DNA of 64,000 bases from Antedon mediterranea (taxonomy: Eukaryota > Animalia > Echinodermata): the NCBI RefSeq assembly GCF_964355755.1, contig NC_092672.1, forward strand, positions 34,788,437 to 34,852,436. Reading direction: 5' to 3'. The notes under the pieces are model-generated. The model saw only the letters and a program-made list of their open reading frames with translations, was not told where the DNA came from and did not search any database. Position 1 is the stretch's first letter; every line of letters starts with the position of its first letter. Of the stretch, positions 41,997 to 55,478 are shown piece by piece. A program made the position numbers and the translations under genes.

Positions 41997-42703
41997 TTAG
42001 AGCTGATATATTCTCCACTATACTTTATGTCCTTTTAGTGTTATATTGTAAACCGCAAACTTTTACTAAACACTAATGTTTATTCTCCATACAAACAGTA
42101 ATGCAATAGTATTTCTTTTATTATCATAATATTAGGCTTCTTTGAGCTGAACATTAAGCCAAACGCTGACTAAGACTCTAAAACTGTAAACGTGTGTGAT
42201 TTCTCACCTGGTGGGAAAATCAATGAAACCGACAATGAGGGTGTACCTGTATAAATGAAACCTGATCTGAACACCTTTAGACACAGGTAAGCAGCTACGA
42301 TACCTGCTGAGATGGATACTTGCTCAGGTATACACAGCGGGTCATTCTGGAGGTCATTCTGAAGTATTACAGTACTGCACCTTACTGGCGAAAGATTCAT
42401 TTTCAAATTATACCTATAGTATTATACTGTAAGTTTTAACTATTATTTTCAGACTACACAATTATTATAGAGCAATTTTGTATTTACAGTGAGTTCATAC
42501 AGTAGGATTCACCAAAGCTGCAATGGAAGTCGTAAATTTATTTTCAAAGCAGCCTTATTAACATAAAAACATGATATAATATTACTGTAAATATCCTTTA
42601 GATTTGAATGCTAAATATATTAATGTTAAATGTTAAATCAATTAACATTAACAAGTAAAGTTCCTCCTTGCAACGTCAGGGCTCTATCACTAATTAAGGC
42701 TTA

Positions 42704-42925
42704 CAGATACAGATTCATTTATTGTCCAAAATAATAATGGAAATTACAGTGCTCATAAACCTTGGCTTGCCGAAAATAAATATAAATATAACGGGGGACT
42801 ATCTAACAAATGTTTTGTTATAATGCCTTATCCCAGCTGGGTAGAACGAGTACTTGTAACGGTCCGTCTGCGCATTCACCGTCCTCATCCTACCACTTCT
42901 AACGATAACGGATAACGGAGCCTGT
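42704..42925 (-). mobile_element. 5'-truncated LINE 3' end (Rex1/Babar, L2 or CR1 type)
   Basis: Minus strand encodes ...RSGRMRTVNAQTDRYKYSFYPAGIRHYN, the typical ORF2 C-terminal T.R...SF.P..IR..N motif, followed by aataaa and a gaatct/gtatct tail. Confidence 0.7.
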
Positions 42926-44684
42926 ATCTGCCATCGCATTTACTTATGTAGAGTATGAACCATACAGTACAAAAATTGATAAAATAAACGTCCCAGTCGA
43001 ATAAGGATTGTTTGAAGTACTGTACATTACATACATGTATGTACACTAACAAGTGATTGCATCAAACATGACATTGTTTAATTGTGATTGGATATTTCTT
43101 TCAAGTGTCTAATAAATAAATAACAGTATAATATTTAAAGTTACTATTTTTAACATTTAAATTAAACTACCTGATGATACACCAATTAAACCGACAATGA
43201 AGGAAACTGAAAAGTAAAAAGACCACCAGGAAGACTGAAAGAAAACTGGATAAACCAAATAAAAAAAAATTTAAAAAGAGAAAATATAGACTTTAGCACA
43301 ATAACAACCCATCCTGCCGAAAACAGAAAAATATGGAAACAAATTGTGGAAAGCGTAATATCGGAATGACGGAAAAAAACAATTTTTGCTTGTCTCAACT
43401 AGGAAAAATATTGAATCATCATCATCGAAATTCAGAAAAGTAATAGTCATAAATTTTACAAATTTTTTACAACTTGATGAGAATGCAAAACAATTTCAAA
43501 ATTCAAATGTCATAAAAACATATCATCTTTGTGACTCAGTGAATAATGCAGCTGTTTCCTGTATCCAATTCGAAGACAAGAACACTTTATTACATTGCAT
43601 TTTAAAACTTCTTACCAATTTTATTACCGTTGAATTGTTTATCATTCAACAATACTTTGGTAACTCATCCGTAATGTATTACAATACATGTATACTGTTG
43701 ATTCATGCTCACATTAGGTTTTGATGTCGTACTGCGACTGCGAGAAAACCTACAGAAACCCATGCCCTTCCATGCTTGGTTCCAACTTGGAGGAATTATG
43801 TACCTAAATAATCCCTTAATGGTTCCAGCTACTGTACTGTGGGACATACTGTAGTGTAATGCAAGTTGTTAAAGTTGTATGTTGATCATGAATGTAAATA
43901 TTTGTGTGTATTGTTTTGCTTGTGTTTTTCTGCCAAGAAAACAATTATCATTGTATCACTGTAAATCGAATCTGAATCTGACATGATGTAAAAATAATAA
44001 TTAATATGCTCCACAAAACAAACCAATTACAAAATTTACAGTATTTCATTTACAGTATTTATCAGAAGCAGTCAAGGGGGTATTAGGTATTATCCATTGG
44101 ATAAACTCCCTTGACTGCTTGTTGCAAAATTGTATTACTGTACATAAGTGTTGGATTCCAATACTTATGTAATACAATTTTGTTATTAAGAATTTGACTA
44201 AAGTTTTAAAAAACTTCCCTTATGAAATAATCACATTTTTCTTATCAGTTCCCTACAGTATGACTGACAAACACAGTAAATTAACAAATTTTGTTAATTT
44301 TCATAATGATGATATTACTTGAAATATCAATAACAAAAAACATGTTTTAATAATAACAGAGTGTTTATTCTTATCTAGTTGAACCATTTCAATTAAAACA
44401 ACATTTATTGAAGTATTTGATTGACATTTTGACAGATGGGATGTTTTTGTCTCTCCTCAGAGGAAAGCCAATCAACACATGTTATCCAAACTATACACAT
44501 TTTTGTCTTGCAATTCTGACAACTAATTGGCCATCAGTCACTTTAAATATCAATAATTTAACATCCTAACATCCACAATGTAGTTTAGTACTGTATAAAT
44601 AAGCAGCTATTGCACTTACAATGTACACTCAGAAACAGTTTTATTAATTTAGAATGAATCCAATTACTTTTTTTTCTATCAGTA

Positions 44685-47600
44685 CAGTACTGTAGGTATA
44701 TAATAAAGGACTTGCACTGAAAATGTGAAACAGTACTGTAGGTATATAATAAAGGACTTGCACTGAAAATGTGAAACAGTACAGTAGGTATATAATAAAG
44801 GACTTGCACTGAAAATGTAAAACAGTACTGTAGGTATATAATAAAGGACTTGCACTGAAAATGTGAAACAGTACTGTAGGTATATAATAAAGGACTTGCA
44901 CTGAAAATGTGAAACAGTACAGTAGGTATATAATAAAGGACTTGCACTGAAAATGTGAAACAGTACTGTAGGTATATAATAAAGGACTTGCACTGAAAAT
45001 GTGAAACAGTACAGTAGGTATATAATAAAGGACTTGCACTGAAAATGTAAAACAGTACTGTAGGTATATAATAAAGGACTTGCACTGAAAATGTGAAACA
45101 GTACTGTAGGTATATAATAAAGGACTTGCACTGAAAATGTGAAACAGTACTGTAGGTATATAATAAAGGACTTGCACTGAAAATGTGAAACAGTACTGTA
45201 GGTATATAATAAAGGACTTGCACTGAAAATGTTAAACAGTACTGTAGGTATATAATAAAGGACTTGCACTGAAAATGTGAAACAGTACTGTAGGTATATA
45301 ATAAAGGACTTGCACTGAAAATGTGAAACAGTACTGTAGGTATATAATAAAGGACTTGCACTGAAAATGTGAAACAGTACTGTAGGTATATAATAAAGGA
45401 CTTGCACTGAAAATGTGAAACAGTACAGTAGGTATATAATAAAGGACTTGCACTGAAAATGTGAAACAGTACTGTAGGTATATAATAAAGGACTTGCACT
45501 GAAAATGTGAAACAGTACTGTAGGTATATAATAAAGGACTTGCACTGAAAATGTGAAACAGTACTGTAGGTATATAATAAAGGACTTGCACTGAAAATGT
45601 GAAACAGTACTGTAGGTATATAATAAAGGACTTGCACTGAAAATGTGAAACAGTACTGTAGGTATATAATAAAGGACTTGCATTGAAAATGTGAAACAGT
45701 ACTGTAGGTATATAATAAAGGACTTGCACTGAAAATGTGAAACAGTACTGTAGGTATATAATAAAGGACTTGCATTGAAAATGTGAAACAGTACTGTAGG
45801 TATATAATAAAGGACTTGCATTGAAAATGTGAAACAGTACTGTAGGTATATAATAAAGGACTTGCATTGAAAATGTGAAACAGTACTGTAGGTATATAAT
45901 AAAGGACTTGCACTGAAAATGTGAAACAGTACTGTAGGTATATAATAAAGGACTTGCATTGAAAATGTGAAACAGTACTGTAGGTATATAATAAAGGACT
46001 TGCATTGAAAATGTGAAACAGTACTGTAGGTATATAATAAAGGACTTGCATTGAAAATGTTAAACAGTACTGTAGGTATATAATAAAGGACTTGCACTGA
46101 AAATGTGAAACAGTACTGTAGGTATATAATAAAGGACTTGCATTGAAAATGTGAAACAGTACTGTAGGTATATAATAAAGGACTTGCACTGAAAATGTGA
46201 AACAGTACTGTAGGTATATAATAAAGGACTTGCATTGAAAATGTTAAACAGTACTGTAGGTATATAATAAAGGACTTGCATTGAAAATGTGAAACAGTAC
46301 TGTAGGTATATAATAAAGGACTTGCATTGAAAATGTTAAACAGTACTGTAGGTATATAATAAAGGACTTGCATTGAAAATGTTAAACAGTACTGTAGGTA
46401 TATAATAAAGGACTTGCATTGAAAATGTGAAACAGTACTGTAGGTATATAATAAAGGACTTGCACTGAAAATGTGAAACAGTACTGTAGGTATATAATAA
46501 AGGACTTGCATTGAAAATGTGAAACAGTACTGTAGGTATATAATAAAGGACTTGCATTGAAAATGTGAAACAGTACTGTAGGTATATAATAAAGGACTTG
46601 CATTGAAAATGTGAAACAGTACTGTAGGTATATAATAAAGGACTTGCATTGAAAATGTGAAACAGTACAGTAGGTATATAATAAAGGACTTGCATTGAAA
46701 ATGTGAAACAGTACTGTAGGTATATAATAAAGGACTTGCATTGAAAATGTGAAACAGTACTGTAGGTATATAATAAAGGACTTGCATTGAAAATGTGAAA
46801 CAGTACTGTAGGTATATAATAAAGGACTTGCATTGAAAATGTGAAACAGTACTGTAGGTATATAATAAAGGACTTGCACTGAAAATGTGAAACAGTACTG
46901 TAGGTATATAATAAAGGACTTGCATTGAAAATGTGAAACAGTACTGTAGGTATATAATAAAGGACTTGCATTGAAAATGTGAAACAGTACTGTAGGTATA
47001 TAATAAAGGACTTGCATTGAAAATGTTAAACAGTACTGTAGGTATATAATAAAGGACTTGCACTGAAAATGTGAAACAGTACTGTAGGTATATAATAAAG
47101 GACTTGCATTGAAAATGTTAAACAGTACTGTAGGTATATAATAAAGGACTTGCATTGAAAATGTGAAACAGTACTGTAGGTATATAATAAAGGACTTGCA
47201 TTGAAAATGTTAAACAGTACTGTAGGTATATAATAAAGGACTTGCATTGAAAATGTTAAACAGTACTGTAGGTATATAATAAAGGACTTGCATTGAAAAT
47301 GTGAAACAGTACTGTAGGTATATAATAAAGGACTTGCATTGAAAATGTGAAACAGTACTGTAGGTATATAATAAAGGACTTGCACTGAAAATGTGAAACA
47401 GTACTGTAGGTATATAATAAAGGACTTGCATTGAAAATGTTAAACAGTACTGTAGGTATATAATAAAGGACTTGCATTGAAAATGTGAAACAGTACAGTA
47501 GGTATATAATAAAGGACTTGCACTGAAAATGTGAAACAGTACTGTAGGTATATAATAAAGGACTTGCATTGAAAATGTGAAACAGTACTGTAGGTATATA

Positions 47601-50600
47601 ATAAAGGACTTGCACTGAAAATGTGAAACAGTACTGTAGGTATATAATAAAGGACTTGCATTGAAAATGTGAAACAGTACTGTAGGTATATAATAAAGGA
47701 CTTGCATTGAAAATGTGAAACAGTACAGTAGGTATATAATAAAGGACTTGCATTGAAAATGTGAAACAGTACTGTAGGTATATAATAAAGGACTTGCACT
47801 GAAAATGTGAAACAGTACTGTAGGTATATAATAAAGGACTTGCACTGAAAATGTGAAACAGTACTGTAGGTATATAATAAAGGACTTGCATTGAAAATGT
47901 GAAACAGTACTGTAGGTATATAATAAAGGACTTGCACTGAAAATGTGAAACAGTACTGTAGGTATATAATAAAGGACTTGCATTGAAAATGTGAAACAGT
48001 ACTGTAGGTATATAATAAAGGACTTGCACTGAAAATGTGAAACAGTACTGTAGGTATATAATAAAGGACTTGCATTGAAAATGTGAAACAGTACTGTAGG
48101 TATATAATAAAGGACTTGCACTGAAAATGTTAAACAGTACTGTAGGTATATAATAAAGGACTTGCATTGAAAATGTGAAACAGTACTGTAGGTATATAAT
48201 AAAGGACTTGCACTGAAAATGTGAAACAGTACTGTAGGTATATAATAAAGGACTTGCACTGAAAATGTGAAACAGTACTGTAGGTATATAATAAAGGACT
48301 TGCATTGAAAATGTGAAACAGTACTGTAGGTATATAATAAAGGACTTGCACTGAAAATGTGAAACAGTACTGTAGGTATATAATAAAGGACTTGCATTGA
48401 AAATGTGAAACAGTACTGTAGGTATATAATAAAGGACTTGCATTGAAAATGTGAAACAGTACTGTAGGTATATAATAAAGGACTTGCACTGAAAATGTGA
48501 AACAGTACTGTAGGTATATAATAAAGGACTTGCATTGAAAATGTGAAACAGTACTGTAGGTATATAATAAAGGACTTGCATTGAAAATGTGAAACAGTAC
48601 TGTAGGTATATAATAAAGGACTTGCATTGAAAATGTTAAACAGTACTGTAGGTATATAATAAAGGACTTGCATTGAAAATGTGAAACAGTACTGTAGGTA
48701 TATAATAAAGGACTTGCATTGAAAATGTTAAACAGTACTGTAGGTATATAATAAAGGACTTGCATTGAAAATGTGAAACAGTACTGTAGGTATATAATAA
48801 AGGACTTGCATTGAAAATGTGAAACAGTACTGTAGGTATATAATAAAGGACTTGCACTGAAAATGTGAAACAGTACTGTAGGTATATAATAAAGGACTTG
48901 CATTGAAAATGTGAAACAGTACTGTAGGTATATAATAAAGGACTTGCACTGAAAATGTGAAACAGTACTGTAGGTATATAATAAAGGACTTGCATTGAAA
49001 ATGTGAAACAGTACTGTAGGTATATAATAAAGGACTTGCATTGAAAATGTGAAACAGTACTGTAGGTATATAATAAAGGACTTGCATTGAAAATGTGAAA
49101 CAGTACTGTAGGTATATAATAAAGGACTTGCACTGAAAATGTGAAACAGTACTGTAGGTATATAATAAAGGACTTGCATTGAAAATGTGAAACAGTACTG
49201 TAGGTATATAATAAAGGACTTGCACTGAAAATGTGAAACAGTACTGTAGGTATATAATAAAGGACTTGCATTGAAAATGTTAAACAGTACTGTAGGTATA
49301 TAATAAAGGACTTGCATTGAAAATGTGAAACAGTACTGTAGGTATATAATAAAGGACTTGCATTGAAAATGTGAAACAGTACTGTAGGTATATAATAAAG
49401 GACTTGCATTGAAAATGTTAAACAGTACTGTAGGTATATAATAAAGGACTTGCATTGAAAATGTGAAACAGTACTGTAGGTATATAATAAAGGACTTGCA
49501 TTGAAAATGTTAAACAGTACTGTAGGTATATAATAAAGGACTTGCATTGAAAATGTTAAACAGTACTGTAGGTATATAATAAAGGACTTGCATTGAAAAT
49601 GTGAAACAGTACTGTAGGTATATAATAAAGGACTTGCACTGAAAATGTGAAACAGTACTGTAGGTATATAATAAAGGACTTGCATTGAAAATGTGAAACA
49701 GTACTGTAGGTATATAATAAAGGACTTGCATTGAAAATGTGAAACAGTACTGTAGGTATATAATAAAGGACTTGCATTGAAAATGTGAAACAGTACTGTA
49801 GGTATATAATAAAGGACTTGCATTGAAAATGTGAAACAGTACTGTAGGTATATAATAAAGGACTTGCATTGAAAATGTGAAACAGTACTGTAGGTATATA
49901 ATAAAGGACTTGCATTGAAAATGTTAAACAGTACTGTAGGTATATAATAAAGGACTTGCATTGAAAATGTGAAACAGTACTGTAGGTATATAATAAAGGA
50001 CTTGCATTGAAAATGTGAAACAGTACTGTAGGTATATAATAAAGGACTTGCATTGAAAATGTTAAACAGTACTGTAGGTATATAATAAAGGACTTGCACT
50101 GAAAATGTGAAACAGTACTGTAGGTATATAATAAAGGACTTGCATTGAAAATGTTAAACAGTACTGTAGGTATATAATAAAGGACTTGCATTGAAAATGT
50201 GAAACAGTACTGTAGGTATATAATAAAGGACTTGCATTGAAAATGTTAAACAGTACTGTAGGTATATAATAAAGGACTTGCATTGAAAATGTTAAACAGT
50301 ACTGTAGGTATATAATAAAGGACTTGCATTGAAAATGTGAAACAGTACTGTAGGTATATAATAAAGGACTTGCATTGAAAATGTGAAACAGTACTGTAGG
50401 TATATAATAAAGGACTTGCACTGAAAATGTGAAACAGTACTGTAGGTATATAATAAAGGACTTGCATTGAAAATGTTAAACAGTACTGTAGGTATATAAT
50501 AAAGGACTTGCATTGAAAATGTGAAACAGTACAGTAGGTATATAATAAAGGACTTGCATTGAAAATGTGAAACAGTACTGTAGGTATATAATAAAGGACT

Positions 50601-52458
50601 TGCACTGAAAATGTGAAACAGTACTGTAGGTATATAATAAAGGACTTGCATTGAAAATGTGAAACAGTACTGTAGGTATATAATAAAGGACTTGCATTGA
50701 AAATGTGAAACAGTACTGTAGGTATATAATAAAGGACTTGCACTGAAAATGTGAAACAGTACTGTAGGTATATAATAAAGGACTTGCATTGAAAATGTGA
50801 AACAGTACTGTAGGTATATAATAAAGGACTTGCATTGAAAATGTGAAACAGTACAGTAGGTATATAATAAAGGACTTGCATTGAAAATGTGAAACAGTAC
50901 TGTAGGTATATAATAAAGGACTTGCACTGAAAATGTGAAACAGTACTGTAGGTATATAATAAAGGACTTGCATTGAAAATGTGAAACAGTACTGTAGGTA
51001 TATAATAAAGGACTTGCATTGAAAATGTGAAACAGTACTGTAGGTATATAATAAAGGACTTGCACTGAAAATGTGAAACAGTACAGTAGGTATATAATAA
51101 AGGACTTGCATTGAAAATGTGAAACAGTACTGTAGGTATATAATAAAGGACTTGCACTGAAAATGTGAAACAGTACTGTAGGTATATAATAAAGGACTTG
51201 CACTGAAAATGTGAAACAGTACTGTAGGTATATAATAAAGGACTTGCATTGAAAATGTGAAACAGTACTGTAGGTATATAATAAAGGACTTGCACTGAAA
51301 ATGTGAAACAGTACTGTAGGTATATAATAAAGGACTTGCACTGAAAATGTGAAACAGTACTGTAGGTATATAATAAAGGACTTGCATTGAAAATGTGAAA
51401 CAGTACTGTAGGTATATAATAAAGGACTTGCACTGAAAATGTGAAACAGTACTGTAGGTATATAATAAAGGACTTGCATTGAAAATGTGAAACAGTACTG
51501 TAGGTATATAATAAAGGACTTGCACTGAAAATGTGAAACAGTACTGTAGGTATATAATAAAGGACTTGCATTGAAAATGTGAAACAGTACTGTAGGTATA
51601 TAATAAAGGACTTGCACTGAAAATGTTAAACAGTACTGTAGGTATATAATAAAGGACTTGCATTGAAAATGTGAAACAGTACTGTAGGTATATAATAAAG
51701 GACTTGCACTGAAAATGTGAAACAGTACTGTAGGTATATAATAAAGGACTTGCACTGAAAATGTGAAACAGTACTGTAGGTATATAATAAAGGACTTGCA
51801 TTGAAAATGTGAAACAGTACTGTAGGTATATAATAAAGGACTTGCACTGAAAATGTGAAACAGTACTGTAGGTATATAATAAAGGACTTGCATTGAAAAT
51901 GTGAAACAGTACTGTAGGTATATAATAAAGGACTTGCATTGAAAATGTGAAACAGTACTGTAGGTATATAATAAAGGACTTGCACTGAAAATGTGAAACA
52001 GTACTGTAGGTATATAATAAAGGACTTGCATTGAAAATGTGAAACAGTACTGTAGGTATATAATAAAGGACTTGCATTGAAAATGTGAAACAGTACTGTA
52101 GGTATATAATAAAGGACTTGCACTGAAAATGTGAAACAGTACTGTAGGTATATAATAAAGGACTTGCATTGAAAATGTGAAACAGTACTGTAGGTATATA
52201 ATAAAGGACTTGCACTGAAAATGTGAAACAGTACTGTAGGTATATAATAAAGGACTTGCACTGAAAATGTAAAACAGTACTGTAGGTATATAATAAAGGA
52301 CTTGCATTGAAAATGTGAAACAGTACTGTAGGTATATAATAAAGGACTTGCACTGAAAATGTGAAACAGTACTGTAGGTATATAATAAAGGACTTGCACT
52401 GAAAATGTGAAACAGTACTGTAGGTATATAATAAAGGATTTGCACTGAAAATGTGAAA
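44685..52458. repeat. 46-bp tandem array, 169 units, in ZNRF3 intron 1
   Basis: Unit cagtac(t/a)gtaggtatataataaaggacttgca(c/t)tgaaaatgt(g/t/a)aaa; span 7774 bp = 169 x 46 exactly. Confidence 0.98.
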
Positions 52459-52675
52459 CTTTATCTAAATATCCTTGGTTCATTTTGTTCGGTTTCCCTT
52501 GCTTGACGTCATCTGGTTTTTTTTTGATACAGTATATTTCTGGTGTTGTTTATTGATGTACAGTATTTGTATGCTTTCTGTACCATTTTAAAATGTATTT
52601 TATGTATGAACCAAATAAATTCAATCAATCAATCAACAAAATACTGTACAGTTAAAGAGTTCAACTTTTGATAAA

Positions 52676-52834
52676 ACTCTGTCTACACTATCAAACTAGT
52701 TGAAAAAAATTGTGATGTGCCCAAATATGGTAGTGATATGCTTAAATATAATGGTAGTGATATGACATCATCATGTCCGTACAGTACTCTACATGGGCAC
52801 ATCACATTTGTTGTCACATAAAATAGACAGAGCT
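52676..52834 (-). mobile_element. MITE family A copy
   Basis: Left TIR intact, right TIR partly deleted. Confidence 0.8.
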
Positions 52835-53050
52835 TTAAACATACAGTAAAAAACTAAAACTCCACCAGTTGGGACCCCTGAATAAAATGTAAATTTTATA
52901 AAGTAATACTGTAAATTTGTATTTTATGTTATTGATATATGATAAACCAAGATTTCTATTAGATTAATATTTTCCAAGATGGAGATACTGTAAATTTTTA
53001 TACAAACATTGATTTCAAAGCTAAAAATACTGTCAAACAGGTTAGACATG

Positions 53051-53175
53051 CAGACGTTCCAACCTAAATGAATTAAATGTGTGAAATCGGGAGATATATT
53101 TAAAATTCGGGAGACCAGGAGGTGATGTTAAAATTCGGGAGACTCCCGGATAAATCGGGAGGGTTGGAACGTCTG
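53051..53175. mobile_element. 125-bp hAT-like MITE with 6-bp TSD
   Basis: Perfect 14-bp TIR cagacgttccaacc / ggttggaacgtctg, gacatg on both sides, four internal aa(a/t)tcgggag motifs. Confidence 0.85.
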
Positions 53176-53524
53176 GACATGGAGAATAAAGCAGTCAAGT
53201 CAAAACAGAAGCAAAATGTGAAAAAACTATAAAGAGTGCTTTTTTTTATACCACTGTAATTATCATACAGAATGAAAACAAACACAACATAATCTAGTAA
53301 TTGCAAAACATCAAACAAAATGTCTGGTTTTTCATTCATAAAAAGTTTCTTCATTCACAAAGACATCAACAAACATTTTGTATCTCTTCGCACCATAATG
53401 TCTAAATGAAGTGTAAAAAATATCTGTATAATGTTTGCCATTAATTAACCTTCAGAATTGCTTTTCCAAATGTACATGAAAACAGAACAAAATGGACACT
53501 TGAATGAAATCGCTTTGCACTGAA

Positions 53525-53647
53525 ACATCAAAGCGGAAATTTAAATTAACACCGGCTTTTAGCATAAAAGGAATTATGGATTTGGTCTGTTTGTATGTGG
53601 TTCAAGCTCACATGAACTTAAATGTTTTGTTTAGATCGTTCTTTGAT
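53525..53647. promoter_or_regulatory. Candidate Wnt-response element (TCF/LEF sites) in ZNRF3 intron 1
   Basis: ACATCAAAG at 53525 and CTTTGATC at 53641, convergent, about 1.9 kb into intron 1. Confidence 0.45.
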
Positions 53648-55478
53648 CCTTTTAAATCCGATAGTGGAACAGACACACTTTTTGATTTTTATTTTATAAT
53701 GTACAGCGGCTTTTCAAAGAAAGACATTACCGATAGTGTTTTATTTTTAATAGTAAATACTTATAGGAATATGATCATTTTATGATGTCATTGCTCCCCT
53801 AAAAATACTCATTCTAAATCTGTTCTGTATTGTCAATTATATGTAAAGTATGTTAATTTTTTCCTTGATTTGATTTTTTTGGGGTTTGAAATTTAAACGT
53901 CTATTCTTTAGTAAATGCATATGTTTTCATCTACATTTTATTTAAAAAAAAAAAGGATTTTAAATGTTTTGCTTACTATTAAAAACCAAATGCTAATAAT
54001 TTAAAAGAAAAATACTGTTCTTGCAAAACTTTTTTTTAAAACAAGCAATGATGGACAAATCATCTACTGTAGGGTAATTTTGTTAGTTAAAATTATAGTA
54101 CTGTATAGTACTGTAGTGTAGTATATTAAATACAAGTGCCCTGAGTTGTTGATCAAGCACCTTAAAAAAATGATTTAGGCTGTGTACAAGAACTTTACAG
54201 TCGGCTGAGTATTAACATCAGCCAGCATAATTACTCACAGCCTTAGTGCAGAAAGATAAATAGTTTAAAAAAGGAAGTTACAAGAGCTAAAAACAATGGA
54301 CATGCATAGGAATGGTTGGCCTTATACCTGCCAATGAACAATACAAAGTATGGACCTTTGTGGACTATCTAATAGGATTAAAAAGGGCTTTTGTTTCCTC
54401 TATTAAAGAAGCTAGTAGAAATCATTAGAAATACAATAGAACAGTACAATCAATATACGCCCAATTCACAACTTTAAATCCTTGTATTATCAACTTCTAA
54501 GAACTGTGCTTTAAAATGGTTTAAAGTAGTTAGCGATATTAAGAAAAATATACTATTAATTGCATATCAATTTATACTACAAGAATTTTAAATTGTTTTT
54601 AAAGCCTAAAGGGGTAATCATATCATTCTACAAATTATAGAAGCTATTATAGCAAATAGGACAAAAAGAACATGAAATTTAATAGATTTAAAGAATTTGT
54701 GTTTGATAAAAAACTTTGATGTTTAAAACTGTATATTTGTAACAAAAACAGTTAAAAATTAAATTAGCCTTGAAACTCAATTAATATTCATTGGAATTGA
54801 GTCAAAGTAGCATTATCGTAAATATATAAAAATATTCTGCATTTCAAATCAAAATATGTCAGAATAATAATTAATATTATTTTAATAAAATATATTTAAG
54901 AGTATTGTGTGGACAAAACTCTATTTTAATTTTTGGCAAGTTATTATTAAACGATAAATAATAAAAATTAATTAAAATCTGAGAAATCATGTCAAAATTT
55001 AAAAAAGTTTTTTGGAAAGATATTAAATTTATCCACCACAGACACTAAAGTAGGCAAAGATCTGAAATTATTATTTAAAAATTAGATTTCAAGAAAAAAA
55101 AATATCAGACCAATTACTTAAATAACTGCATTATTAGTGCTAGTGTTTTACACATTATATAAATAGTATTTGTATATAAATATTTACATTGGCTTATTTT
55201 TATAGTTTAGTTATTTTATTTTCAACCTGTTATTGGTGTTTTATTTTACACTGTTGGCTTGAAATAAAGAATAAATAAAGAATTTCAACTTTAAAAAAAA
55301 TAAATATAAAAAAGACACTCTCTTCTCAATTTTTACATTGTTGCTGGACACACAACTGTCAAACTTTTATAATCCACAAAGAAAAGTATTAATCCAACGT
55401 GAATATGCACAATCCACGAAAATTCCACATCTTTATTAAATATTGCGGCGCCAACTTTTAAGCTAGGCCCCTCCTTAC

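Noticed and set aside
44585-52483. Long minus-strand ORFs (up to 794 aa) as protein-coding genes
   Set aside because: They are overlapping three-frame translations of the 46-bp array inside an intron, with stops set by one unit variant.
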